Below, one piece after another: positions 1 to 9,299 of a stretch of 64,000 nucleotides of DNA; position 1 is the stretch's first letter, and each line of letters begins with the position of its first letter. The stretch spans positions 3,424,001-3,488,000 of the forward strand of contig OY761556.1 of NCBI GenBank assembly GCA_963664705.1. Reading direction: 5' to 3'. The position numbers and the translations under genes are program-made. Below the pieces are notes generated by a model. The model was not told where the DNA came from. It was given only the letters and a program-made list of their open reading frames with translations, and made no database searches. The DNA is from Acidobacteriota bacterium. GTDB taxonomy: Bacteria > Acidobacteriota > UBA6911.

Positions 1-755
1 ATGATTGCCTGCTGATAGCTGGATACAAGATCCAGTATCGGTCTGGTTATTTTTGAGCCGGGACGTCGCGGCTGGATGCCGGATTGCTGGATGTAACGCA
101 GGGCTGCCGTTTTGAATCCGCTAAAACTGAAGTCGAGGCTTCCATCGCTGATCTTCGGGATTGAAAAAGGGAATTTTTGCGCATCTCCTTCGCCGGCAAG
201 CCGATCGATGATCGGCCCTCCGGGGTAACCAAGGCCAAGAAATTTTGCCACTTTGTCCAACGCCTCTCCTGCCGCGTCGTCCCTGGCCCTTCCAATCGAT
301 TGGTAGTGGCCAGGCTCCGGGGAGTAAATCAGCGAAGTATGTCCGCCGGAAACGACAAGCGCCAACAGTGGATATTCGATCTGTGGGTTCTCAATAAAAG
401 CGGAAAAAATGTGGCCTTCGGTATGATTTACAGGAACCAGCGGCTTCCGGATTGAAAAGGCCATTGCCTTCGCATAGGAAACGCCGACCAGGAGTGAACC
501 GATGAGCCCTGGTCCCTGAGTCACGGCGATGCCATCGATGTCTTCCTGCCTCTTGCCGGCTTCCCGAAAGGCCTGTTGGACAACATAGCCTATATTGCGC
601 AGGTGCTCGCGGCTGGCAAGTTCAGGCACCACCCCGCCAAAGCTTCTGTGCGTTTTTATCTGCGATGCCACAACATTGGACAGAACGGTATGGCCGTCCT
701 CGACAAGCGAGGCCGCCGTTTCGTCGCATGAAGACTCAATTCCCAATACGAGCAT
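1..755 (-). CDS. tsaD: tRNA N6-threonylcarbamoyltransferase complex subunit TsaD (3' end runs off the window)
   Basis: Not in the ORF track because it is truncated. The minus strand from ATG at 755 reads [16 protein letters not shown]...[19 protein letters not shown]...VNHTEGH, all TsaD/Kae1 motifs. Confidence 0.95.
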   Translation of the reverse strand, partial: MLVLGIESSCDETAASLVEDGHTVLSNVVASQIKTHRSFGGVVPELASREHLRNIGYVVQQAFREAGKRQEDIDGIAVTQGPGLIGSLLVGVSYAKAMAFSIRKPLVPVNHTEGHIFSAFIENPQIEYPLLALVVSGGHTSLIYSPEPGHYQSIGRARDDAAGEALDKVAKFLGLGYPGGPIIDRLAGEGDAQKFPFSIPKISDGSLDFSFSGFKTAALRYIQQSGIQPRRPGSKITRPILDLVSSYQQAI

Positions 756-794
756 TGCACCGACACCTTGATTTCAAGGATACTTCCGGAATCC

Positions 795-1832
795 TTATAT
801 CTTTTCGAGTTTTTTCAGCGATTCGCCATACGGAGGACGGGCAACGCCCCGTTCGGTAATAATCGCGCTCACATAGCGGTTTGGTGTGACATCAAAGGCG
901 GGGTTCGCCACACGCATATTCACCGGAGTGATGTCGATCCCCTTGATTTTGCGCACTTCATCCGGATTTCGCTCTTCAATAGGAATGTGACTTCCGTCCG
1001 GGATGGATAAATCCATGGTTGAAAAAGGAGCGGCGACATAAAAAGGCACTCCGTTTTCCTTCGCGAGAACCGCTACGCCATAGGTACCGATCTTGTTGGC
1101 TACATCGCCGTTTGCCGCAATTCGATCCGCGCCGACAACAACGCAATCGATCTTCCCCTTCTGCATGAAATGCCCAGCCATATTATCCGTTATGACCGTT
1201 ACCGGAATCCGGTCCTTCTCCAGTTCCCATGCGGTCAGCCGCGCTCCCTGTAGAAATGGGCGCGTCTCATCGGCATAGACCTGGATGTCCTTGCCTGCTT
1301 CAGCCGCCGCCCGGATAACACCCAATGCCGTCCCGTAGCCCGCCGTTGCCAACGCGCCCGCATTGCAGTGAGTCAGGATCAGTGCTTTGCCGGGAATCAA
1401 TTCCTGCCCCCAACGGCCGATGGCGCGGTTCGCTTCGATGTCTTCCGAGTGCATCGTCACGGATTCGCGGATCAGTGCCGACCTTGCCGCATCAATACCC
1501 TTTGCATGTTCGCGCCGGTAAACAGCCTTCATGCGCTCAACCGCCCAGAAAAGATTTACAGCCGTCGGCCGCGTAGATTGAATATCGTGGCATATCTTTT
1601 CAAAGATCGAGTCCAGCTCTGAAATGCTTTTGGGGTCCGCGACTTTCACTCCCAGAGCTATTCCCATGGCCGCAGCCACGCCAATTGCCGGAGCGCCACG
1701 AATGACCATGCTTCGAATCGCTTCCGCAACTTCCGAATGACTTGTATAGGTGTGATAAATTTCCTCGCCGGGTAAAAGCGTCTGGTCCAGCATGACCACC
1801 CCGGATTCAGTCCATTCGATTGTCTTGATCAT
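795..1832 (-). CDS. mtnA: S-methyl-5-thioribose-1-phosphate isomerase
   Basis: [44 protein letters not shown] and [18 protein letters not shown] motifs. Start moved to MIKTIEW (1832), which has a GAGGA RBS. Confidence 0.95.
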   Translation of the reverse strand: MIKTIEWTESGVVMLDQTLLPGEEIYHTYTSHSEVAEAIRSMVIRGAPAIGVAAAMGIALGVKVADPKSISELDSIFEKICHDIQSTRPTAVNLFWAVERMKAVYRREHAKGIDAARSALIRESVTMHSEDIEANRAIGRWGQELIPGKALILTHCNAGALATAGYGTALGVIRAAAEAGKDIQVYADETRPFLQGARLTAWELEKDRIPVTVITDNMAGHFMQKGKIDCVVVGADRIAANGDVANKIGTYGVAVLAKENGVPFYVAAPFSTMDLSIPDGSHIPIEERNPDEVRKIKGIDITPVNMRVANPAFDVTPNRYVSAIITERGVARPPYGESLKKLEKI

Positions 1833-1953
1833 AAGAGTCCTCGGCAAAAGGCGAAGTCTAGCGCACCTGGTACTCTTTTTGAACAGTTGCTTTCGGGTTA
1901 CACGGGCATCCTGCGACTTGCGGGTCCGCAAACAACAAGACCTTTAGTTTGCT

Positions 1954-1983
1954 TTGACAGACAAATGCCTGCGGTGATATATG
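1954..1983 (+). promoter_or_regulatory. putative sigma70 promoter of the btu operon
   Basis: TTGACA at 1954-1959 and an AT-rich -10 region (GATATATG) at 1976-1983, just upstream of the riboswitch. Confidence 0.55.
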
Positions 1984-2009
1984 TATGCTTCTTTTTATTG
2001 ATCTCTGAA

Positions 2010-2205
2010 ATACGAACACGGTGCCCCATAGGGGGGTAAAAGGGAAGTGGGTGCAAATCCCACACGGTCCCGCCACTGTAATCGGAAAGCCGGATTCTGC
2101 GGCCTTAGTAGCAATATTCAAGCGCCCGCCACTCGTTGCAGATACTGAACGGGGAAGGCGAGAAATCCGGTGACGACCCGTTAGTCAGGAAACCTGCCTG
2201 TTCGC
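2010..2205 (+). ncRNA. cobalamin (B12) riboswitch
   Basis: Conserved elements AAAAGGGAAGTGGGTGCAAATCCCACACGGTCCCGCCACTGTAA, GCCACT...GGGAAGGC and the B12 box AGTCAGGAAACCTGCC, directly upstream of B12 uptake genes. Confidence 0.95.
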
Positions 2206-2242
2206 CAGTTTCAGTCGGCTCTTCGTGAGAAAGAGACCTGAA

Positions 2243-3217
2243 ATGCCGCTTAGCAAGCCATTTCCCCAAAATTTCCACTCCATTGATTCGTCGCGTATTT
2301 TCGGAAGCGGCATCGCCGCGCTTTTGCTTGCGCTTGCTGTCAGCATTGGCGGAATCGGATGCAGTCGGAATCATCCTCCCAAGCCTAAAGACAGTCCATT
2401 GGAAAAGGTTGTCTACACCGATGGCATCGGCAGAAAGGTCTCGATTGTCAGGCACCCGACTCGAATTATTTCGTTGGCCCCTGATGTCACGGAAACTCTT
2501 TATTTGCTGGGTGCCCAGGATCGCCTGATTGGAAATACGACATGGTGCAATTGGCCGGAAGCCGCCAAACACAAACCCAAGATCGGCGATCTGCTGAATC
2601 CCAACTATGAAATGATCCTCGCGGCAAAACCGGACCTGGTGATTGCCTCCACGGCAGGAAACCAGGAAGGATCCGTGATGAAGCTCGCCGGACTCGGACT
2701 TCCCGTCTTTGTATCCGCGCCACGTTCCGTCGAAAAGATCTTCCAGTCTGTGGAGGAACTCGGACGCGTTACCGACTGCTCGGCCCAGGGCTCCCAGCTA
2801 CTGGCTCAAATGAAAGCCCGCCTGGACAGGGTACAAAAACGGATCGAGGGACTCCCCCCAATCCGCGCCTTTTTTATCACCTGGTTCGATCCTCTGCTGG
2901 CGCCTGGCAAGGACACTTTTGAGACTGAAGCCATTCGCCTGGCGGGCGTCATTTCCATAACCGCGGGTATCAACCAATTCTATCCGCGATACAGCCTTGA
3001 GCAGGTCCTCGTCAACAATCCCGACGTCATTCTGACCGTGGAGCACAAAGGCGATCCCATCCCTGACCTGAAAAAAATGGCCGGCTGGAAAGACCTGCGC
3101 GCTGTAAAGGAAGGCAAGGTCTTCTTCCTGGGAGAGTTTCTACAACATCCTTCTCCGTTGTTTTTGGACGGGGTTGAGGAATTGGCACAAAAACTTCATC
3201 CGGAGCGCTTTAAATGA
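2243..3217 (+). CDS. btuF: cobalamin ABC transporter substrate-binding lipoprotein
   Basis: RIISLAPDVTETLYLLG and ILAAKPDLVI helical-backbone receptor motifs; lipobox-like GGIGC; first gene after the B12 riboswitch. Start codon uncertain. Confidence 0.85.
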   Translation: MPLSKPFPQNFHSIDSSRIFGSGIAALLLALAVSIGGIGCSRNHPPKPKDSPLEKVVYTDGIGRKVSIVRHPTRIISLAPDVTETLYLLGAQDRLIGNTTWCNWPEAAKHKPKIGDLLNPNYEMILAAKPDLVIASTAGNQEGSVMKLAGLGLPVFVSAPRSVEKIFQSVEELGRVTDCSAQGSQLLAQMKARLDRVQKRIEGLPPIRAFFITWFDPLLAPGKDTFETEAIRLAGVISITAGINQFYPRYSLEQVLVNNPDVILTVEHKGDPIPDLKKMAGWKDLRAVKEGKVFFLGEFLQHPSPLFLDGVEELAQKLHPERFK

Positions 3218-4266
3218 ATCGCCTCTCGAGGGGCAGGATCTTCTTTGCAAGTCTTGTCTTGCTGTGCATCTGGTTCCTGGCCGCACTTCTGTCGCTAAAC
3301 ATAGGCAGCGTTCGCATCCCGGTCGGCACCTCAGTTCGACTTATCACGGGATTGGTCACTGGAGCGGACACCAGTGGGGATCCGCTGGCAGCCGTGCTTT
3401 TTTCCGTGCGACTGCCTCGCGTATTGCTGGGATCACTGGTGGGCGCGGCATTGGCAACGGCGGGGGCGGCTTTCCAATCGCTGCTCCGGAATCCCCTGGC
3501 AGATCCCTATGTTCTCGGCGTTTCAACCGGCGCTTCCATGGGAACAATCCTGTATTCACTTTTTGCCGGCTGGCTCGGCTTTGCCGCAGCCGGTGGCGGG
3601 TTGATCTTCGCACGCCCGCTGGCCGCATTTGGCGGCGCCGTGTTCACCGTTTGGGCTGTTTACATCATAGCCGGCACATCCTACCGCTCCAGTGAGAGCT
3701 CTCAGCGATTGCTGCTGGCGGGCATTGTGCTCGCTTCTTTTTTGTCCTCCATCAACGTCTTTCTTCTCACTAGCACAAGTCAGGCCGACATCCGCGGAAT
3801 ATTCTACTGGCTGATTGGCGACCTGAGCCGTCCGGTCGACGCGTCCATCTACCCCGTCACCGCCCTGGTCTTCGGCGGACTGTTTCTGCTCTATCTCTTC
3901 TCGCACAGCCTGAACCTGATAGGGATGGGTGAGACCGATGCCATGGTGCTCGGAGTCGAGGTGAAGCGGATTCGTACCTGCGTATATGTGATCGCTTCAT
4001 TGATTACCGGCGCGGTTGTTTCCGTCAGCGGGCCCATTGCGTATATAGGCCTGATCTGCCCGCACATGGCTCGCATGATCTTCGGCAGCGACAACCGGAT
4101 TCTCTTCCCGACTGTGTTTATCTTCGGGGCCATCTTCACTCTGCTTGCCGACACTTTGGCCAGAACCGTTCTTTCGCCCACCGAACTGCCGGTCGGAATT
4201 GTCACCGCCCTTTGCGGCGCCCCTCTGTTCATTTATCTCCTGCATCGAAAAGGAGCGACATCATGA
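3214..4266 (+). CDS. btuC: FecCD/BtuC-family ABC permease
   Basis: VRLPR, LLRNPLADPYVLGVSTGA, GPIAYIGLICPH and ELPVGIVTALCGAP motifs. Confidence 0.9.
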   Translation: MNRLSRGRIFFASLVLLCIWFLAALLSLNIGSVRIPVGTSVRLITGLVTGADTSGDPLAAVLFSVRLPRVLLGSLVGAALATAGAAFQSLLRNPLADPYVLGVSTGASMGTILYSLFAGWLGFAAAGGGLIFARPLAAFGGAVFTVWAVYIIAGTSYRSSESSQRLLLAGIVLASFLSSINVFLLTSTSQADIRGIFYWLIGDLSRPVDASIYPVTALVFGGLFLLYLFSHSLNLIGMGETDAMVLGVEVKRIRTCVYVIASLITGAVVSVSGPIAYIGLICPHMARMIFGSDNRILFPTVFIFGAIFTLLADTLARTVLSPTELPVGIVTALCGAPLFIYLLHRKGATS

Positions 4267-5066
4267 GCGAGGGACACGCTATGCTCGAGGCACGCAATGT
4301 CAGCTTCGATTACCATCGACCGATTCTTCGGGACGTCTCGTTTGCGCTGCAGCCCGGAACCGTTACGGGAATTATCGGGCCAAACGGATCCGGAAAGACA
4401 ACCATGCTGCGGCTGTTGGATGGGATTGTGCCTCCGCTTTCGGGCGAGATCCTACTCAACGGAAATCGTCCGCTCGCGAGCATGAAACGAAAAGAGATTG
4501 CGCGGCACATCGCTATGGTCCCCCAAAATGGCGGCGTTTATCTCTACCAGACAGTCTTTCAGTTTGCGATACAAGGCCGATCGCCGCATCTCTCCCTGCT
4601 GGGTTTTGAAAGCACGCGCGATGAGGAAATCGCGCTGGAAGCTTTGGAGATGACCCAGCTGACCAGGTACCTGGACTCCAAGGTATCTGAAATTTCAGGA
4701 GGCGAGAAACAGCGCCTTCTTCTTGCCCGCGCACTTGCGCAGCAAACCCAGATTCTGCTGCTTGACGAATTTACCGCAAATCTGGATATCAACTACCAGG
4801 TTGAACTCATGCGCCTGGTTCAAAGAATCACACGCGAGAGGAATCTCGCAACGCTTGTGGTATCCCATGAGATTAATCTGATGGGCACCTTTTGTGACAT
4901 TGCCATCCTGATGAGCAAAGGTCAGATTCGCCACAAAGGGCCGGTTAGTGATGTCTTGACGGAAGAGAATCTGAAACAAATATTCGGACTGGACTTCTCG
5001 GTTCGGCCGCTCCCCGGCGGTAAAGTCGAAGTCCTTCCGATCATAAACAAGGAAGTGCTTCAATGA
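4263..5066 (+). CDS. btuD: ABC transporter ATP-binding protein (BtuD/FepC-like)
   Basis: Walker A GPNGSGKT, signature ISGGEKQR and Walker B LLLDE. ATG at 4263 overlaps the btuC stop. Confidence 0.88.
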   Translation: MSEGHAMLEARNVSFDYHRPILRDVSFALQPGTVTGIIGPNGSGKTTMLRLLDGIVPPLSGEILLNGNRPLASMKRKEIARHIAMVPQNGGVYLYQTVFQFAIQGRSPHLSLLGFESTRDEEIALEALEMTQLTRYLDSKVSEISGGEKQRLLLARALAQQTQILLLDEFTANLDINYQVELMRLVQRITRERNLATLVVSHEINLMGTFCDIAILMSKGQIRHKGPVSDVLTEENLKQIFGLDFSVRPLPGGKVEVLPIINKEVLQ

Positions 5067-7309
5067 GAATTGGTAAAACTGCGATTTTATTCTTCCTGTG
5101 TTTGAGCGCAGCTGCATTCAACCTGCTTCAAGCCGGCACATTGGAAGGAACGGTTTCGGATCCTGGAGGGCAGGTTGTGCCCGGAGCACGCGTCAGCTTG
5201 AAGCGATCGCTGGTAGCGATCGATGAGCGGCAGGCAGATTCTCGCGGCGTTTATCGCTTTGAAGGGCTGCAGGAAGGCAAGTATCAGATTTCGGCCAATG
5301 CCCCGGGACTTGCCAGTGCGTCCGTCGATGTTGAGTTTCGTAAAGATGAGGTTGTGAAGAAGGATATCCGCCTTCAACTCAGCGCTCTCGTATCCCAGGT
5401 TGTGGTCTCGGCCGCCCTCGGCGGCGCGCTCGTTCCGGAAATCGGCGCTTCCGTCAGTCTCATCGACCAGCATGAAATCGATGATCGTGGAGCGCAGAAT
5501 GCCTTTGAGGTTGTACGCGGAATTCCCGGCATCGAAGTAAACCAGGCGGGGCGCCACGGCGGAGTTACCGGAGTCTTCATTCGCGGAGGCGAATCCAAGT
5601 ACAACGCAGTGATGATTGACGGTATGGAGCTGAACGAATTCGGCGGCAGCTTCGACATGGCCTCGCTTCCGGCAGATGGAATCGAGCGGGTGGAAGTTAC
5701 CCGCGGCCCCGAGAGTGCTCTTTACGGACCCAATGCCCTGACCGGTGTCATCAATATCATCAGCCGCAAAGGAGATGGTCCCGCGCGTTTTACAGCCCTG
5801 GCGGAAGGCGGAAGCTATTCGACACGCCGCTTTGCGACAGGCGGAAGCGGTCTCACCAAAGGATTCAGCTGGGCCTACAATCTTTCTCGCGTCGATTCGG
5901 ACGGAGTCGTGGCCAACGACAACTACCGGAATCAGAGCGCCTTCCTCAGCCTTGGATATCGCCAGGGCACACGACGGCAATTTGATTTTCACTTTTTCGG
6001 AAATGCCAATGACTCCGGAGCTCCCGGCCCCTATGGTTCCGACCCCAACGGCTTCTTTTATGGAATCGACACCGTATCCAGGGGAAAGCAGAATCTGTTC
6101 GGCTATCAGTTCGGCTACACGGAACAGCTCTCCAGTCGAGTCCGGCAAGTGACCGTTGCCAGTCTTGCGACCAATGACACGATCTATCACACGCAGTGGG
6201 GCGACTCGAATAACAACAACCTTCGCGGCATTTTCAATACACGGAGCGAAATTGCATTATCCGGCCGCGACACGTTGGCCGCAGGGTTTGAATTCAACCG
6301 TGAACAGATCCGGCACACCTATATTTCCGACAGCCAGTACAATCCCTTCCTGCTCCCACGCACCAGCTTCGGCTATTTCCTGGAAAACAGATGGAGTCCT
6401 TCCAACCGTCTGTACCTGATCACCGGAATCCGATTTGATAATCTGAGAACTGGAGCGCTCCCGCCCGATGGTTACGGCTCCCGTCCTTACATACCGGCCA
6501 CATCCGTTGTCAAAGTGAATCCGCGTATTTCGGTTGCCTACCTTGTCCAGAATGGTGATTCCAAAGGACAGCTTGGCGGCACAAGAATTCACGGCAGCTT
6601 TGGAACCGGGATTCGTCCGCCCGACGGATTTGAACTCGCATTCACCAATAACCCCGGGCTGAAACCGGAACGAAGCATCAGCTTTGACGCAGGCGTTGAA
6701 CAAAGACTGTTTGCATCGCGCACCGTGGTCGATTTTACCTACTTCTATAATCGATTCCAGGACCAGATCATTACATTGGGTGGATCGATGATCAACCTCA
6801 GCTCCTATCGCTCAGCAAATTTGAAAAATTCGCAAGCCCAGGGCCTCGAGGCGTCATTCCGATTCCAGCCGCTGCAATCGCTGGAACTCGGCGGTCAGTA
6901 CACATATCTCGACAGCGAGGTACTGGCATTGGATGGAGCCTCCCAGGCAAACGCTCCCTACACGGTTGGGCAGCCGCTGGTCCGCCGTCCGCGGCATTCC
7001 GGAAGCTATAACGTCACCTGGCATTATCGAAATCTGACACTCAATACGAATGCATATCTTCGGGGAGTTGCGCTGGATGTGGACCCGTCATTGGGCCTCT
7101 CGGCGTGTTCCTATGGTATGCCCTGCTTCTTCAACAACCCGGGCTATACGCGCGTCGACGCGGGTTTCTCTTATAGACTGCCCAAAGGCGTTGAGGTGTA
7201 TGGAAAAATCAACAACCTGCTCAACAGGAAATACGAGGAAGTATTCGGATATCCGGCCCTGCGCGCAAACTTTGTGGCCGGCATGAAGTTCAGCTTCCCT
7301 TCAGAATAA
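5063..7309 (+). CDS. btuB: TonB-dependent cobalamin receptor with N-terminal carboxypeptidase-regulatory-like domain
   Basis: Signal peptide; TonB-box-like QVVVSA; plug motifs IRGG and IERVEVTRGPESALYG; LKPERS; NNLLNRKY near the C-terminus; lies in the B12 riboswitch operon. Confidence 0.85.
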   Translation: MRIGKTAILFFLCLSAAAFNLLQAGTLEGTVSDPGGQVVPGARVSLKRSLVAIDERQADSRGVYRFEGLQEGKYQISANAPGLASASVDVEFRKDEVVKKDIRLQLSALVSQVVVSAALGGALVPEIGASVSLIDQHEIDDRGAQNAFEVVRGIPGIEVNQAGRHGGVTGVFIRGGESKYNAVMIDGMELNEFGGSFDMASLPADGIERVEVTRGPESALYGPNALTGVINIISRKGDGPARFTALAEGGSYSTRRFATGGSGLTKGFSWAYNLSRVDSDGVVANDNYRNQSAFLSLGYRQGTRRQFDFHFFGNANDSGAPGPYGSDPNGFFYGIDTVSRGKQNLFGYQFGYTEQLSSRVRQVTVASLATNDTIYHTQWGDSNNNNLRGIFNTRSEIALSGRDTLAAGFEFNREQIRHTYISDSQYNPFLLPRTSFGYFLENRWSPSNRLYLITGIRFDNLRTGALPPDGYGSRPYIPATSVVKVNPRISVAYLVQNGDSKGQLGGTRIHGSFGTGIRPPDGFELAFTNNPGLKPERSISFDAGVEQRLFASRTVVDFTYFYNRFQDQIITLGGSMINLSSYRSANLKNSQAQGLEASFRFQPLQSLELGGQYTYLDSEVLALDGASQANAPYTVGQPLVRRPRHSGSYNVTWHYRNLTLNTNAYLRGVALDVDPSLGLSACSYGMPCFFNNPGYTRVDAGFSYRLPKGVEVYGKINNLLNRKYEEVFGYPALRANFVAGMKFSFPSE

Positions 7310-7317
7310 AGACATCA

Positions 7318-7380
7318 TTCCCCCGTGGGGGTGCGGAGTAAGATTAGAGCTCTCGCTCCGTGTCCCCACATTCGGGGGAA
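7318..7380 (+). terminator. long imperfect hairpin between convergent genes
   Basis: TTCCCCCG/CGGGGGAA, TGGGG/CCCCA and GTGCGGAG/CTCCGTGT arms directly after the btuB stop. Confidence 0.55.
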
Positions 7381-7439
7381 GGAATATTCCGGCATTGTCC
7401 TCAAATATTCCTGCAGGAAGCGGGCACCCTCAAACACCC

Positions 7440-8543
7440 CTATTTCAAACCTATAAGCCCCATTCGAAGCAACTTATCGACTACCTGCAGAATCTCCAGT
7501 TCTCTCAGCGGAGATAACATTACAATCGATTTCACATCCCAGGTACCGTTGATGCGGGAAGCCACAAACCCTTCTTCATGCGTCAAATTGTGACGAGTCA
7601 GGGAGGATTCCGGGACCAGGAAATAGGGGATCTTGCCAGCCGGGACTGTGGTTCGGTAATACTCCTGGCAAAGAGCTTTTTCCGCCTGCTCGATCTGCTC
7701 CGAGGCCCAGGCGTTTTGAGGGTCGAGCCGGATCACCTCCTGGAAAGCCTCAATGGCCTCCAGGTATTTATGCTCCTGCATCAACTCCAATCCCTTGTTG
7801 AACAGCCTGGCCGGGCTTTCCGGCTCCGGCAGCGGACGGATGGCTTCCTGAACCTCGATGAGGTTCATGTCATAAAGCAGAAAGAGCTCATAGCTGACAA
7901 GGAAATCGGATCCATGCAGTTCGAGAATGATCTCCGAAATCGGTTTTTTCAGAGTCATCAGATACAGAAGCTTCTTCTGCATCGGCGTGAGGCTGGCACT
8001 CTTCAAATCAACCTTGGGAAGAAGCGCGGGTATTACATCATTGTTGGGAAATACGGCCCGAATTCTCTTCCATTCGTCCTTGCGCCGTATGCCTTCAAAA
8101 AGCAGTGAGTTGATGTCGACCTTGATTAAGATCAGCTCTTCTAGATTGTAGCCGCTGGAGGAGAAATGAAAATAGCCATCCTCCCAAAGAAACAGGTCGT
8201 AGATAACCTCTTCGGTGCGGGTAATCAGCGCCTGCTCGATTTCCTCCTGGGAAACCATTTTCTCCTGGACGAGTATCTTTCCCAAAACCACTCGTGTCTG
8301 CAGGTGAAGCTCAAACGCACGCTTCAACTGAGGCTCGGTTATTTTGCCCTGAAAGAGGAGAAACTGGCCCAATTGCTTGGTGGGATCATTCGAACGGGAA
8401 GATATGATTTTGCCTTCCTGGAGAAACAGATGGATTTTTGTCTTATCTTTGACAAATGCAAGCGATCCGGTTTTCCTGCCGATGGTGACCCACTGCAGGA
8501 CCTCCGGCAAATCCATTGTTTCCAATCTTCCAGAGAGTGACAT
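7440..8543 (-). CDS. DUF4388 (PATAN-like) domain protein with TPR
   Basis: N-terminal MSLSGRLETMDLPEVLQW...KTGSL; LGQFLL/LGKILV repeats; LFLWEDGYFHF; TPR-like LFNKGLELM...EVIRLDPQN. Confidence 0.8.
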   Translation of the reverse strand: MSLSGRLETMDLPEVLQWVTIGRKTGSLAFVKDKTKIHLFLQEGKIISSRSNDPTKQLGQFLLFQGKITEPQLKRAFELHLQTRVVLGKILVQEKMVSQEEIEQALITRTEEVIYDLFLWEDGYFHFSSSGYNLEELILIKVDINSLLFEGIRRKDEWKRIRAVFPNNDVIPALLPKVDLKSASLTPMQKKLLYLMTLKKPISEIILELHGSDFLVSYELFLLYDMNLIEVQEAIRPLPEPESPARLFNKGLELMQEHKYLEAIEAFQEVIRLDPQNAWASEQIEQAEKALCQEYYRTTVPAGKIPYFLVPESSLTRHNLTHEEGFVASRINGTWDVKSIVMLSPLRELEILQVVDKLLRMGLIGLK

Positions 8544-8714
8544 TCGAAAATCCTTTCTATGCACCCCGTTAGAGGTTTCTCTGATGGCTCAGATTGCTTA
8601 TCGACCTCCTTCACGCTTATGTTCAATATTTGGAAGAAACCCGGTAAGATAGGGGTTGCCGACCTTGACAGCAGGTGTATAAAGCTATTTCGTGGATATA
8701 CAAGGAGTTGTGCC

Positions 8715-9299
8715 TTGCTTCTGACCTATGCAAATCAACTGACGATTCTTCGGATGCTGTTCGTCCCCTGCTTCGTCATTCTTCTCATCTATGGCTACCC
8801 CAAGTCGGCGACCATCGTCTTTCTCCTTGCCGGAATAACGGACGGGCTCGACGGACTGCTGGCGCGGAAACTGCAACAGAAGACGGTTCTCGGATCTTTC
8901 CTGGACCCTATGGCAGACAAGATCCTGCTCACCGCCGCCTTCGTCACCCTGACAATCCCGTCGGTACCGATGGTCCTTCATATCCCGACCTGGCTTACTG
9001 TTTTGACCATCAGCCGCGATTTGATCATCGCATTGTCAGTCCTTGTCATTCATTTGCAGACGCAGCATTCGAGTTTTCCTCCCAGCATAATTGGCAAATG
9101 CACTACGGCCGTCCAATTGCTGACCGTTGGAGTTTGCATGCTTGCCAATTTCGAAATGAAGGTGGCCATCTTCGCTTTCCCGCTGGTCGTATATACCACT
9201 TTAGCCTTCACACTCGCCTCCGGCCTGCACTACGCTTTTAAGTCGGTGAAGATTATTGCGTCGTATCAGGGATCCGGAAATGATTCAAAAAGGTCTTAG
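8715..9299 (+). CDS. CDP-alcohol phosphatidyltransferase (PgsA/ClsA-like)
   Basis: ANQLTILR and the TDGLDGLLARK...GSFLDPMADK family signature. TTG start at 8715 follows an AAGGAG RBS. Confidence 0.9.
   Translation: MLLTYANQLTILRMLFVPCFVILLIYGYPKSATIVFLLAGITDGLDGLLARKLQQKTVLGSFLDPMADKILLTAAFVTLTIPSVPMVLHIPTWLTVLTISRDLIIALSVLVIHLQTQHSSFPPSIIGKCTTAVQLLTVGVCMLANFEMKVAIFAFPLVVYTTLAFTLASGLHYAFKSVKIIASYQGSGNDSKRS

Noticed and set aside
1833-1931. N-terminal extensions in the ORF track (mtnA; also pgsA-like, fabZ, gatB, recQ, csp)
   Set aside because: Family homology and RBS or promoter positions point to downstream starts.
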